Below, piece by piece: positions 1 through 9,663 of a DNA stretch of 64,000 nucleotides. The stretch comes from a virus. The notes below the pieces were generated by a model. That model ran no database searches and was not told the origin of the DNA. It worked only from the letters and a program-made list of their open reading frames with translations. Position 1 is the first letter of the stretch, and each line of letters begins with the position of its first letter. The stretch lies in IMG/VR virus record IMGVR_UViG_3300042341_001047; one strand, 5' to 3'. The translations under genes were made by a program, and so were the position numbers.

Positions 1-594
1 GTAGATGATCCGTCATTATCAACAAATGCCTTTGATAAACACTCAGACGCTATTAGACAAGCGATGGGTAGAATTAATGACATCCTTTATAATCTTAGTG
101 GTACAAGTGCTTATAAAAATCTTAGAAGTAGATTAGCATTAGAACATCAAGATATTCAAAGTATTAAAATTCTAAGAATTGTTAAGAATGAAATTTACTA
201 TGATGCTTATATCACGTTCAAAATTGATGATTATGAATACTGGGGAGTTATTGAAAATGTAATGAACGCAAATCCAGAATTAACATCAGAAGTATTCAAA
301 GATTATGACCTTTATCAAAGTAAAGAATGGGTTATTAAAATAAAAGGATTAGTAGTTAAGACTATTAAAACTTGGTTAAAACCAGAGCCAGGAATATACA
401 GATTATTAAATGATGAAATCATTTGTTACTCTACTGAAACCGGCAAACAACTTAAAATGGATAAAGGAATCGAAATCGAGTTAATAAGATCACATAGTGA
501 TAAAATTATCATTAAACACGAATCAGATTATTACAACTTAGTTGGTGATAATTATGTTTACTTTAACTGGTGGTTTGAGAAAATTGAAGATTAA
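1..594 (+). CDS. hypothetical protein (probably 5'-truncated by the window edge)
   Basis: The frame of the 64..594 ORF is open from base 1; no recognisable motif. Confidence 0.6.
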   Translation, partial: VDDPSLSTNAFDKHSDAIRQAMGRINDILYNLSGTSAYKNLRSRLALEHQDIQSIKILRIVKNEIYYDAYITFKIDDYEYWGVIENVMNANPELTSEVFKDYDLYQSKEWVIKIKGLVVKTIKTWLKPEPGIYRLLNDEIICYSTETGKQLKMDKGIEIELIRSHSDKIIIKHESDYYNLVGDNYVYFNWWFEKIED

Positions 595-2693
595 ATATCT
601 TTTGGTTTCTTCAATGGTTCAACAATAACTCTACCATTATCATCAGTCCATTCCGTATCATACATATGTTTATCATGTCTTTCTCCGATTACCATCCAAC
701 TAATCTCATCAGAAGAAGTATTTGACTCGGATATTATCTCAAGTATATTTCCAGTAACTTTTCCTTTAACAGGTGTCCATCCTGTTTCATTTGTTGTAAA
801 ACATTGAACATCTCTATTTAATAAAACAAAAGTGCCTTCAGTCATATTTGAAGATTCATCTAAATTAATTTCAGATTTACCATTAACTAAGGATACTTTT
901 CCTCTATAGATCAAATCAGCTTTAGGACCTTCAATGAAGGAGTGTACTAATTCATATTTATCTTTCATAGATTCAATTGGATGATCAATTCTAAAAGATC
1001 CACTACCCTTACTTAAACTACCAGTAACAGATGCATTTGAACTAATGAAGAAATTTTGTTGACCTGTCCAATCTATTGAACATAACGCATTTGAAGAAAT
1101 AACCGTATAACCATTACCAAGAGATAAGTCATATTTGTTTATAGTCAATGTGGCGTTATTTAATGGTGAGTGTATGATAATATCAGTAGCACCTCCTTGT
1201 TTTATCTCCAATTTTTTAGTACCACTTGTGCTAAAAGCAATAACATTAGCACTTGGCATATACATACCACTTTGAGTATATCCATACCATGTGTAATCAG
1301 GAGCCGCTGCCGTTGAAAAAGAAGTACTGACAGCACCTACCTGTATATAAGGAGATTTAGTTGTAGTACCTGTACCTAAACTAGTAGCTGTTGTAAATAC
1401 AACACCACCATTTCCAGCATTTGTTCCTTTAATATGCATTCTAGGTGTTCCATTTGTAGTAAATGCTATTTGATTAGTAGTAGGTCTATAAATACCAGTA
1501 TCAATATCACCAGTAAATGTAATAGATGGAGCTGTTGGAGTACCATTACTATACCTTATTGGTGAAGTACTAAGAGAATATGTAGCATACAATCTAAATG
1601 GAACAGATCCACTTACTGAAAATCCAATAAATGGAGCTGTGTAAACTATTGGAGAAGTACCCGGAATTGCTGTATCAACACCAGCTCCAAATATACCAGA
1701 ATCATTACCAAAAGCAATAGGTGGATTATCAGGTCCATTAAGTTCAGCACTACCAAACATAAGACCTGTAAGGTAATAGGTAGGTAATAACATTTGAGCA
1801 GTAACTGAATTAAATGCGAACCCAGTCCCTCTAGAATTATTGTAATAAGTACTAACACTAGCACCATTCACATTAGAAGCCGTAGATGAAAACATCATAT
1901 ATTTTAATCCACTCGAAGAAGGTGAGACTTGTGAATTATAAACAGTAACGGTGGAAGCTGTTTTAGATCTATCAGAAATTATATTAGTAATCTGACTACC
2001 ATCTCCTTTAAAGAAACCACTTGTTTTTATATTTCCAGTAACATCTAAAATCTCTGCAGGTAAAACAGTAGAGCTCCAATTTGAACCAATACCAACTTTA
2101 TTATTATTTGAAAGATAAATGGTTTGAACAGGAGCTCCTGAACCACCTGGTCTATTTGATATAGATAAATCTCCTTGGTCATTACCAAAGCTAATCAATG
2201 AAGAACCCTTAGATGAGTTAAAATAACCATTACCACCGACAAAACCAGTATAATACCAATTAGAACCAATAATGGTTGTTCCACCTTTATGTATAACCAA
2301 TGGAGGTGCTTGACCCGCAACATAATTAGGATCTTCAGCAAGACTCATTCCACCAAACTGCATATAGGTATTATTACCAGTTGGATTATTAGTACCAACA
2401 CCAATTCTTTTTTCAGTACCTGTGCTAACCTGGAAAACTCCACTATTTCCTATATAATTTTGAGATGTAAATAAAGGAACATATCCAGCTACCCCATTAA
2501 CTTGGTCAGTTATTTCGGCACTGAAGGTAGTGCCATTATAATAGTATGATCTATTATCAGATGTATCAAAAACTCTTAGACCAGTATATTTATATGGTAT
2601 TGAATTTCTAGCAGCAGCACCAGATGCGACTATTCTATTATCCAATGGAGTTGAATTATTTACGGTGAATCCTGTTATTATTTGTATTGACAT
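591..2693 (-). CDS. tail fibre / receptor-binding-like protein
   Basis: G/S/T-rich 700 aa; repeated fibre motifs (APSITFTGDIDTGIYRPTTNQIAFTTNGT, APDYTWYGYTQSGMYMPSANVIAFSTSGT, IGVGTNNP); C-terminal SFRIDHP...LVHSFIEGP domain typical of phage fibres. Confidence 0.7.
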   Translation of the reverse strand: MSIQIITGFTVNNSTPLDNRIVASGAAARNSIPYKYTGLRVFDTSDNRSYYYNGTTFSAEITDQVNGVAGYVPLFTSQNYIGNSGVFQVSTGTEKRIGVGTNNPTGNNTYMQFGGMSLAEDPNYVAGQAPPLVIHKGGTTIIGSNWYYTGFVGGNGYFNSSKGSSLISFGNDQGDLSISNRPGGSGAPVQTIYLSNNNKVGIGSNWSSTVLPAEILDVTGNIKTSGFFKGDGSQITNIISDRSKTASTVTVYNSQVSPSSSGLKYMMFSSTASNVNGASVSTYYNNSRGTGFAFNSVTAQMLLPTYYLTGLMFGSAELNGPDNPPIAFGNDSGIFGAGVDTAIPGTSPIVYTAPFIGFSVSGSVPFRLYATYSLSTSPIRYSNGTPTAPSITFTGDIDTGIYRPTTNQIAFTTNGTPRMHIKGTNAGNGGVVFTTATSLGTGTTTKSPYIQVGAVSTSFSTAAAPDYTWYGYTQSGMYMPSANVIAFSTSGTKKLEIKQGGATDIIIHSPLNNATLTINKYDLSLGNGYTVISSNALCSIDWTGQQNFFISSNASVTGSLSKGSGSFRIDHPIESMKDKYELVHSFIEGPKADLIYRGKVSLVNGKSEINLDESSNMTEGTFVLLNRDVQCFTTNETGWTPVKGKVTGNILEIISESNTSSDEISWMVIGERHDKHMYDTEWTDDNGRVIVEPLKKPKDI

Positions 2694-2711
2694 ATCATAT
2701 ATATAAATTTT

Positions 2712-4232
2712 TTAATACTTGAATTGATAATTTACAGAAGGTGGACCAACTTGTGGTATACCCGTCCATTTGTAAACTTTGAATTGTTTTGAAGCCCAAA
2801 GACCACTTGGTGATGATAGTATTGTTAAAGTCGGTATTGAAAAAGAGTTTCCAATAATTACTGAAATATTATCAATAACCTCATCTAAATCTGGATAAGT
2901 ACTATCATAAATAAAATATAAATTACCACTACCAGTTATATCAATTGTCTTATCTCCTAAAGGTTCAACTAATTTAGTAAGACCAGAAAGACCAGCTGTA
3001 TTCATAGCAGAAAGGGCACTAAATCCATAAAAATATGGATATATTCCACTAATACTAGCAGTTGATGTATTTGATTGAGTTCCATCTCCAACGGTAGCAG
3101 CAAAGTAAGTAGTTGTATTAGAAACTGGTGATATAACTATACCAGATGCTGTTCCAGATACGACAGTTGTTCCAGCAGTTGATATAGGAGGATATGAACT
3201 TGGAACCATATTTGACAAAGATGTTATGTTTGTTGGATAAGTTCTTTTTGTTATTGTATAATTTAATTTAATCAATGGTGAAGTACCAACTTCAACATAT
3301 CCTGAAGAATATGGAGGTAAAACAGATACCGAACATGTTGGAGGTAAGTAGGAATAAACTATTCTTCTTAACATCTCAGACATCTCAACTAAACTAAAAG
3401 TCTCTCCCATCTGTATATCACCAATAGAAACTAAACAAGGTCTACTATCTGTAAATTCAATTGGATATCCATTAACATTAATAGGACCACCATTTATATT
3501 TATAGGTGAACCAGTTACACCAATACTACTCATACTAGGTAATGTTATGTTATCCCAAACATAGTTACCATTATTCCAAACCAATATTCTCCCATCAGAG
3601 GCTCCTGTCAAACCAGGAGTTAGATTAGCCGAGTCCGATATAGTTGGAAAAACTATATTATTAACAGAAACTGAACCATAATCACTAGTCAAATTTATAT
3701 TACCACCCGTATTACTTGGATTAACTATATCAAATGATAATGAACTTGTAGATGCTATAGTCTGTACTTGTAAATAAGGAGCGACACTATATAAAGAAGA
3801 TTTTGTTCCTGATAAAATAGAAACTCTTGTCCTTCCGTTGGAAATAGTATCTCTTTTAGTATTGAATAAAAATATATCAACATCGCTATTCAACAAAGAT
3901 GTTGACATTATATCTTGATAAGGTGAATATGATGAATATGTTCCTGAAAAAGATCTTTTACCAAAGTAAATTTTATTTTTCAAATCACCATCTAATGGAT
4001 CAGATGTATCAATTCCTATGTAAGAATCATTTGAAACTTTTGTTTGAGTAAATATAGAATTAGCAGCAGTTGTTAAAAAAACATCTCTTAAATCCTTAGG
4101 ATTAATTTGTTTACTAGTATTATCCTCTAAAACCGTTAAAACCTGACTTAAATCAACGCCAGTGGCTCCAATTAAATCATAAGTGGTTGCTTCTGTTGAT
4201 AGTCCTATATTTACACTAAATGTTGCTGCCAT
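2712..4232 (-). CDS. virion structural protein (tail/baseplate-associated), paralogue of 4235..5893
   Basis: S/T/G-rich; N-terminal DNTSKQINPKDLRDVFL...YIGIDT...KIYFGKR is shared with the neighbour. Confidence 0.55.
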   Translation of the reverse strand: MAATFSVNIGLSTEATTYDLIGATGVDLSQVLTVLEDNTSKQINPKDLRDVFLTTAANSIFTQTKVSNDSYIGIDTSDPLDGDLKNKIYFGKRSFSGTYSSYSPYQDIMSTSLLNSDVDIFLFNTKRDTISNGRTRVSILSGTKSSLYSVAPYLQVQTIASTSSLSFDIVNPSNTGGNINLTSDYGSVSVNNIVFPTISDSANLTPGLTGASDGRILVWNNGNYVWDNITLPSMSSIGVTGSPININGGPINVNGYPIEFTDSRPCLVSIGDIQMGETFSLVEMSEMLRRIVYSYLPPTCSVSVLPPYSSGYVEVGTSPLIKLNYTITKRTYPTNITSLSNMVPSSYPPISTAGTTVVSGTASGIVISPVSNTTTYFAATVGDGTQSNTSTASISGIYPYFYGFSALSAMNTAGLSGLTKLVEPLGDKTIDITGSGNLYFIYDSTYPDLDEVIDNISVIIGNSFSIPTLTILSSPSGLWASKQFKVYKWTGIPQVGPPSVNYQFKY

Positions 4233-4234
4233 AA

Positions 4235-5893
4235 TTAAAAAATAAATTCAAATTCACCACTACCACTATAACTACAAGTTCCTATTGTTCTATAAACTCT
4301 GTAATTACCATAATTGATTTCAGTTCCTGAAAGTGCCGGTGTTACTGAACCAGAATAAGTAAATGAACTAGTCAATGGATAAGCTGCATCATATACAATA
4401 TAACCGTTAGGATCTTTTATCATTGATAACTCACCATAATTATAATCTATTGAGTAAGGAACTAAAAAGTACAAATACCCTGATCCACTACAATTAAATG
4501 ATACTGATTGAGAGTTTCCAGGATATGGTGTAATATGTTTATTAGATATATTCATAATAAGTCTAGTTCTACTACCATTTATAAAGAATGTCGAAGATCC
4601 GGTATTGATAGTACTATTGAATATTGTAAAAAATGGACTTAAAAATGTCAAAGAAGCCGTAGCAAAATGATTGATTAATGTATAACCCAGTGAGTCTAAT
4701 GAATCAGATGCTTGTATTGCATAATCATTTGTTACAGGTGTAGAAACATAATCTCTTTTAACACTGTAAGTAAAAGTAACAATAGTTTGATCACCTGGTA
4801 GGGCACTTGAGAAAGACAAACCAGAGTATGTACCAACAGCACCAACGGTATAAGGTGATGTATTAGATGGACCATATATCTGATAAGTATCAATATTTTC
4901 GGAATACTTTGTTACTGAGTATGTAAAACTAATAGATGATGTAACTCCTATCTCAGCATAATTATCACCAGTAGCTAAATTAGACAATTGTATTGTAAGA
5001 CCTGGAGGAGAATATGGATATAAAAGTTTTCTTATAACCTCAACCATTGGCCAGTTTTGATAGTTACCAGTTACCAATGTAGCATCATATCCAAAAGAAG
5101 GAAATGAACTTCCAGCTTGAATACCACCAATGGTTTGAGTAGTCAATGTAGGATCGACAAATTCTAATGAATAACCATTAACATTACTTGGACTACCATA
5201 AATATTAGTAGGAGTCCCAGGAACTCCAATACTTGAAATCGATATTGTTGGATCATCCCATCTTAAAGAACCATTCGGCCAAGTTCCTGAATACTTTAAT
5301 ATTCTACCATTTGAAGCAGACGCTGATGTTTCAGCAGCTGTTGGAAAAACTATACCATTTATAGCAACTCTACCAGTATTACTATAAATATTTATTGGAC
5401 CACTATAAATAGATGGATTAACGATATCTAAATTTATAGCAGTTCCTGTTGAATTAGATTCGGCTTGTATATAAGGAGCACTCGTATATAAACTTGAATT
5501 AGTTCCAGCTAAAATAGCAATTCTTGTTTGACTTTGAGTTACTGTATCTGGTTTTGTGTTAAAGAAATAAATATCAGTAGGGTTTGTATAAGAAAGTAAA
5601 GCATTATTCATTATATCAACGCCTGTATAATTTCTTTTACCAATAAATATCTTTTGTTTTATATCTCTATTTTCTGGATTACCAGAGTCAATACCAATAT
5701 ACTCTAAAGAAGACAAACCTATAGTTTGTTTAAAAGCAGCATTTGCCCAAGTTGATAAAAAGGCATCTCTAACATCTTTTGGTGATATTAATTTTTGTGT
5801 ATTATCAGGTATATCCAATAAGACACTATTAATGTCTTGCTTTCTAAGGGCTTCAGTTGGCAATCCAACACTTATACTATATGTAGCTGGCAT
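4235..5893 (-). CDS. virion structural protein, paralogue of 2712..4232
   Basis: DNTQKLISPKDVRDAFL...YIGIDS...KIFIGKR; both paralogues end in GSGxLYF...Y/F-x-V-Y; upstream TAATATATA motif. Confidence 0.55.
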   Translation of the reverse strand: MPATYSISVGLPTEALRKQDINSVLLDIPDNTQKLISPKDVRDAFLSTWANAAFKQTIGLSSLEYIGIDSGNPENRDIKQKIFIGKRNYTGVDIMNNALLSYTNPTDIYFFNTKPDTVTQSQTRIAILAGTNSSLYTSAPYIQAESNSTGTAINLDIVNPSIYSGPINIYSNTGRVAINGIVFPTAAETSASASNGRILKYSGTWPNGSLRWDDPTISISSIGVPGTPTNIYGSPSNVNGYSLEFVDPTLTTQTIGGIQAGSSFPSFGYDATLVTGNYQNWPMVEVIRKLLYPYSPPGLTIQLSNLATGDNYAEIGVTSSISFTYSVTKYSENIDTYQIYGPSNTSPYTVGAVGTYSGLSFSSALPGDQTIVTFTYSVKRDYVSTPVTNDYAIQASDSLDSLGYTLINHFATASLTFLSPFFTIFNSTINTGSSTFFINGSRTRLIMNISNKHITPYPGNSQSVSFNCSGSGYLYFLVPYSIDYNYGELSMIKDPNGYIVYDAAYPLTSSFTYSGSVTPALSGTEINYGNYRVYRTIGTCSYSGSGEFEFIF

Positions 5894-5944
5894 TAGTCTT
5901 AATCTTTTTTTGTATATATTAAAAATCGAAGTCCAACTATTAAC

Positions 5945-5977
5945 AAAAAAGTCTGATAATTACTTATCAGACTTTTT
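5945..5977 (-). terminator. intrinsic terminator hairpin
   Basis: aaaaagtctgataa-ttac-ttatcagacttttt. Confidence 0.7.
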
Positions 5978-6061
5978 AGAGAATATCTTTTCAATTGATT
6001 TCTTTCTTCTATTTTTTCTTTGAATAGAATTTGAAATGTAGGGATAGTGTGGTAACGGCAT
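5960..6061 (-). CDS. 33-aa micro-ORF MPLPHYPYISNSIQRKNRRKKSIEKIFSKKSDK (not in the ORF track)
   Basis: ATG lies 2 nt after the upstream stop; carries the recurrent RxxSIxxIF tag; ends in the terminator. Confidence 0.45.
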   Translation of the reverse strand: MPLPHYPYISNSIQRKNRRKKSIEKIFSKKSDK

Positions 6062-6063
6062 AA

Positions 6064-6465
6064 TTAATTAAATAAAAATTCTAATTTAATCAAATCCTTA
6101 ACTTTAGCAGTTTGTAAATTTAAGTCATCAAAGTTTATCTTATCATAAGGAACTTCATTTTCAATTTCCATTAAATCTGACATCTCTCTTGAAAAATCAT
6201 CCATATTTGTTATATTAACAGAACCAGGAATAATATTTCCTTGTTCATCTTTAGGTTGAACAATTGTTCCATTTTCATCTTTTTCTGAAAACTTTTCTAA
6301 TATTCTTCTTTCCATTTTAACTTTATCATCAACTATAGAAGAAACTTCTTTGATAATTCTAGTTAATCTAAAAGCAACTGAAGCATTGATATCTAAATCA
6401 ATAAGTTTGTTAAGAGCCTCTATGGTTTCACTACTAAGTTGTGAGTTTTTAATTCTAATTGGCAT
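6064..6465 (-). CDS. hypothetical protein
   Basis: 133-aa ORF with phage-like composition. Confidence 0.6.
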   Translation of the reverse strand: MPIRIKNSQLSSETIEALNKLIDLDINASVAFRLTRIIKEVSSIVDDKVKMERRILEKFSEKDENGTIVQPKDEQGNIIPGSVNITNMDDFSREMSDLMEIENEVPYDKINFDDLNLQTAKVKDLIKLEFLFN

Positions 6466-6485
6466 AATTATGTTTAATATTTATT

Positions 6486-7217
6486 TTATATATCATCAAT
6501 ATTCAACTTTGTTGATAATTTTTCTATTCTATTTTTGATAATATCAATATATTTTTCTTCTCTTTCAATTAAAATATATTTTCTATTAAGTAATATAGAA
6601 GCATGTCCTGTTGTTCCTGTTCCAGCAAAAGTATCTAAAACAACATCACCTTCATTTGAATGTTTTTTTATTAAATCAGATATTAGTAAAATTGGTTTCT
6701 GAGTAGGATGTTCATATCTTTCTTTTCCGTGACAGATAGGGTATTTATAAATACCATTATCATACTCCGAATTAAATGTTGGACTCTTTACTTTAACAAA
6801 AGTAAAAAAGTATTCTACAGCATTTGAAAGATAATTAATCTTTGAGTTAATAGGAACTGGATTTGTTTTTACCCAACTACAAACTCTTGGTTGTTTGAAT
6901 TTATATTTATCAGCAATTTGTTTAATTGTATTTGACTTCCAGATATCATAAAAGAAAATTAAAGTTCCACCATCTTTTAAAACTCGATGATATTCTTTAA
7001 ATAATAAATCCCAATCTATTTCTTCTTTATCCCAATCACCAAAGTCAATTGATATACCACCATATTTAGTAATAATATCTTTTGATGCTGATTTAGAATA
7101 CTTTTTGAAATTTGAACTTTTTGAAATTTGATAAGGTGGGTCAACAAGTATTAGATCAATTGATTTATTATCAATTTTCTTCATTAGTTCAAAACAATCA
7201 CCTTCTAAAATCATCAC
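6486..7217 (-). CDS. DNA N4-cytosine/N6-adenine methyltransferase (beta class)
   Basis: DPPY catalytic motif precedes HPTQKP and the DTFAGTGTT SAM-binding motif. Confidence 0.9.
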   Translation of the reverse strand: MMILEGDCFELMKKIDNKSIDLILVDPPYQISKSSNFKKYSKSASKDIITKYGGISIDFGDWDKEEIDWDLLFKEYHRVLKDGGTLIFFYDIWKSNTIKQIADKYKFKQPRVCSWVKTNPVPINSKINYLSNAVEYFFTFVKVKSPTFNSEYDNGIYKYPICHGKERYEHPTQKPILLISDLIKKHSNEGDVVLDTFAGTGTTGHASILLNRKYILIEREEKYIDIIKNRIEKLSTKLNIDDI

Positions 7218-7280
7218 AATATATATTAAGGCGTTACAAGCCCCATAAAATAATATATAGATAAAAGATTATATTTAAAA

Positions 7281-8051
7281 ATGAACTTAATCAATTTATT
7301 TAAGAACCTTTTAAGAACTCAAAAGAAATTGGATATTGATAAACTACCATCACTAGGTCTCTTTTATAAAGATGACTTTAAGATTCATATTAAAAAAGTT
7401 GATGTTCAAGATATTATTGAATATGAACATAACTATAATAGTGATGACTTAGGATCTGTGATTAATAAACTCAAATCTATAGTAGAGAAAAATACTATTT
7501 TTTCTAAAGGATATAATTTTAAAGATATTAAAAGTATAGATGTTGTTTTTATATTCTTAGAAATCGTAAGATTATCAAAAGGAAAAGCTATAAAACTCAA
7601 TTATATAGATGATGAATATGGAACTGAAGAAGATGTTGAATTTAATTCTATTTACTTTAATTATTTTGAGTTAAGTGAAGATTTGAAAAAACTATATGAT
7701 AAAGAGAATAGACAATTTATAATAAATGATTACAAGTATACCTTACCATCAATTGGTATAGAGAATTGTCTAACCAATTATTTAATATCTAAGTCAGATG
7801 ATCCAAATGCTGTAAGATTTAATAAGTATAACTACGATTTTACTTTCTTTTTAGGTGATAAAAAATCTATAAGTTTTAAAGAAATTGATAACCTAATACA
7901 GATTTTTAACTTTGATATGGAAGATAGTGAGATAAAAAAAGTTAGAAATATTACAAAAATGTTTCAACCTATACAAAGATATTCACTCATAAAAGATAAT
8001 AAAATAATTGAAATCAATTCAAGAATTGATTTAGAAAAAATATGGAAGTAA
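7281..8051 (+). CDS. baseplate hub subunit-like protein (T4 gp26/gp51-like)
   Basis: LPSLGLFY N-terminal motif and D-x-x-F-I-F-L-x-I-V-R segment resemble T4-like hub assembly proteins. Confidence 0.45.
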   Translation: MNLINLFKNLLRTQKKLDIDKLPSLGLFYKDDFKIHIKKVDVQDIIEYEHNYNSDDLGSVINKLKSIVEKNTIFSKGYNFKDIKSIDVVFIFLEIVRLSKGKAIKLNYIDDEYGTEEDVEFNSIYFNYFELSEDLKKLYDKENRQFIINDYKYTLPSIGIENCLTNYLISKSDDPNAVRFNKYNYDFTFFLGDKKSISFKEIDNLIQIFNFDMEDSEIKKVRNITKMFQPIQRYSLIKDNKIIEINSRIDLEKIWK

Positions 8052-8066
8052 TTTAATATATAGTCT

Positions 8067-8903
8067 ATGAAAATACTTAACTGGAAATTATTCTTAGAAG
8101 AATTAGTTGGTGAAAAACCAATAGCTGACTTTGATGACTATATCGAAGGAATGAAAATGTCTATGGAGGATAAATTATTTTTTGTAAACAAATTAGACTT
8201 TGATGTTATAGTTGATTTTGGATGTGCTAACGGAACGTTTCTTTCACTTGTTCAAAATATGAAACCTAATGTTAAGCTAATTGGATATGATTTAGACGAT
8301 ACAATGCTTTCAAAAGCAGAATCTATATTAGGAGAAGAATCATTACTAACAAGTAGTTGGGAACAAGTGGTTTTAGAATTATCTAAATATGAAAAACCTT
8401 TACTTAATTTAAGTTCTGTTATACACGAAGTTTATTCTTATTCACATTCAAGTGTTATTAAAAAATTCTGGGAACAACAAGTATTTGGAGGAAAATTCAA
8501 ATGGATAACTATTAGAGATATGATACCTTCAGTTGAAATACACAAAAGTGAATTAAAATCATTTGAAGAAGATGTTAAAAAAATTAGAGAGTTGGCTGAC
8601 CCTTACTACTTAAAATCATTTGAAGATAAGTGGAGTCCAATCGATAATAATTATAGAACTCTTGTTCATTTCTTATTAAAGTATAGATATACTGACAATT
8701 GGGATAGAGAATTAAATGAAAACTACTTACCCGTATCATTAGAAACTGTTAAAAAGAAAATACCTTCTTCTTATAAAATAGTATTTGAAGAAGACTTTAT
8801 AGTTCCTTTTATCAAGGATAAAGTTATGGAAGACTTTGGAATTACTATTAAACACTCTACTCATACTAAAATGATAATAAAAAATGATAGTTTTAAAAGA
8901 TGA
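8067..8903 (+). CDS. class I SAM-dependent methyltransferase
   Basis: VDFGCANG motif I, IGYD motif II, LSSVIHEV. Confidence 0.8.
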   Translation: MKILNWKLFLEELVGEKPIADFDDYIEGMKMSMEDKLFFVNKLDFDVIVDFGCANGTFLSLVQNMKPNVKLIGYDLDDTMLSKAESILGEESLLTSSWEQVVLELSKYEKPLLNLSSVIHEVYSYSHSSVIKKFWEQQVFGGKFKWITIRDMIPSVEIHKSELKSFEEDVKKIRELADPYYLKSFEDKWSPIDNNYRTLVHFLLKYRYTDNWDRELNENYLPVSLETVKKKIPSSYKIVFEEDFIVPFIKDKVMEDFGITIKHSTHTKMIIKNDSFKR

Positions 8904-9631
8904 AATTAAAAAAGTATAATGACTTTATTAAAGAATCTTTTGGAACGTCAGCGGAGTATAATAATTTCTTAAAATCAAAATCTATAGACTTAGATTTATT
9001 TGATGATAGTTTATTTGATGTTAAACAATTTGCTAAAGTTAATACTTATAGATATTTAATTGATTCAAAAGGAAATACTATTAATACGGAAGTTGATGAT
9101 AACGAAAAGTATAAAATACTTTACACTTGTCAAATTCAATACAATTTAAATTCCGGTAAAAATGATTTTAATAAAGTTATTGATAATTTAAATACTATTA
9201 AGATTTCTTTAGAAGAAATGATAGATAGAATTGAATCACAAGGATTAAAACTTGACAAAAATGAGTATTGGTCAGATAAAATTCTTATGAATGTGGATAA
9301 AATTACTCACACATTTTCTATATCATTCAAAAGTGATGAGATAGATACAAAAGAGTTGAAAGATAAATTTGATATCTATAACACAACACAAGATGACGAA
9401 TACTTAGAAGGGTTAAAAAAACTTAGAAATATCTATAGAGCAGAAGATATAGATTTCGACAGATATATGGACACCACCGACCAAGATGAGTTTATTTTAA
9501 TAGGAATGTTTATAGGTGATGATTTATATGGAGTAGGCATATATAATTCAGAAACTAAAGAGTTCACTATTGATAGACAAGAAATTGGAGCTTCGGTAGA
9601 TGCTTATAACGAACTAGAAGATAATGAATAA
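8900..9631 (+). CDS. hypothetical protein with capsid-targeting-like leader
   Basis: N-terminus MKLKKYNDFIKES. Confidence 0.6.
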   Translation: MKLKKYNDFIKESFGTSAEYNNFLKSKSIDLDLFDDSLFDVKQFAKVNTYRYLIDSKGNTINTEVDDNEKYKILYTCQIQYNLNSGKNDFNKVIDNLNTIKISLEEMIDRIESQGLKLDKNEYWSDKILMNVDKITHTFSISFKSDEIDTKELKDKFDIYNTTQDDEYLEGLKKLRNIYRAEDIDFDRYMDTTDQDEFILIGMFIGDDLYGVGIYNSETKEFTIDRQEIGASVDAYNELEDNE

Positions 9632-9661
9632 AAAAACCCACTCATTTGAGTGGGTTTTTTT
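9630..9661. terminator. bidirectional intrinsic terminator
   Basis: aaaaaacccactc-attt-gagtgggtttttt between convergent genes; almost identical to 18905..18935. Confidence 0.85.
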
Positions 9662-9663
9662 AA

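Noticed and set aside
591-5893. Diversity-generating retroelement acting on the fibre genes
   Set aside because: No reverse transcriptase and no template/variable repeat pair differing at adenines was seen
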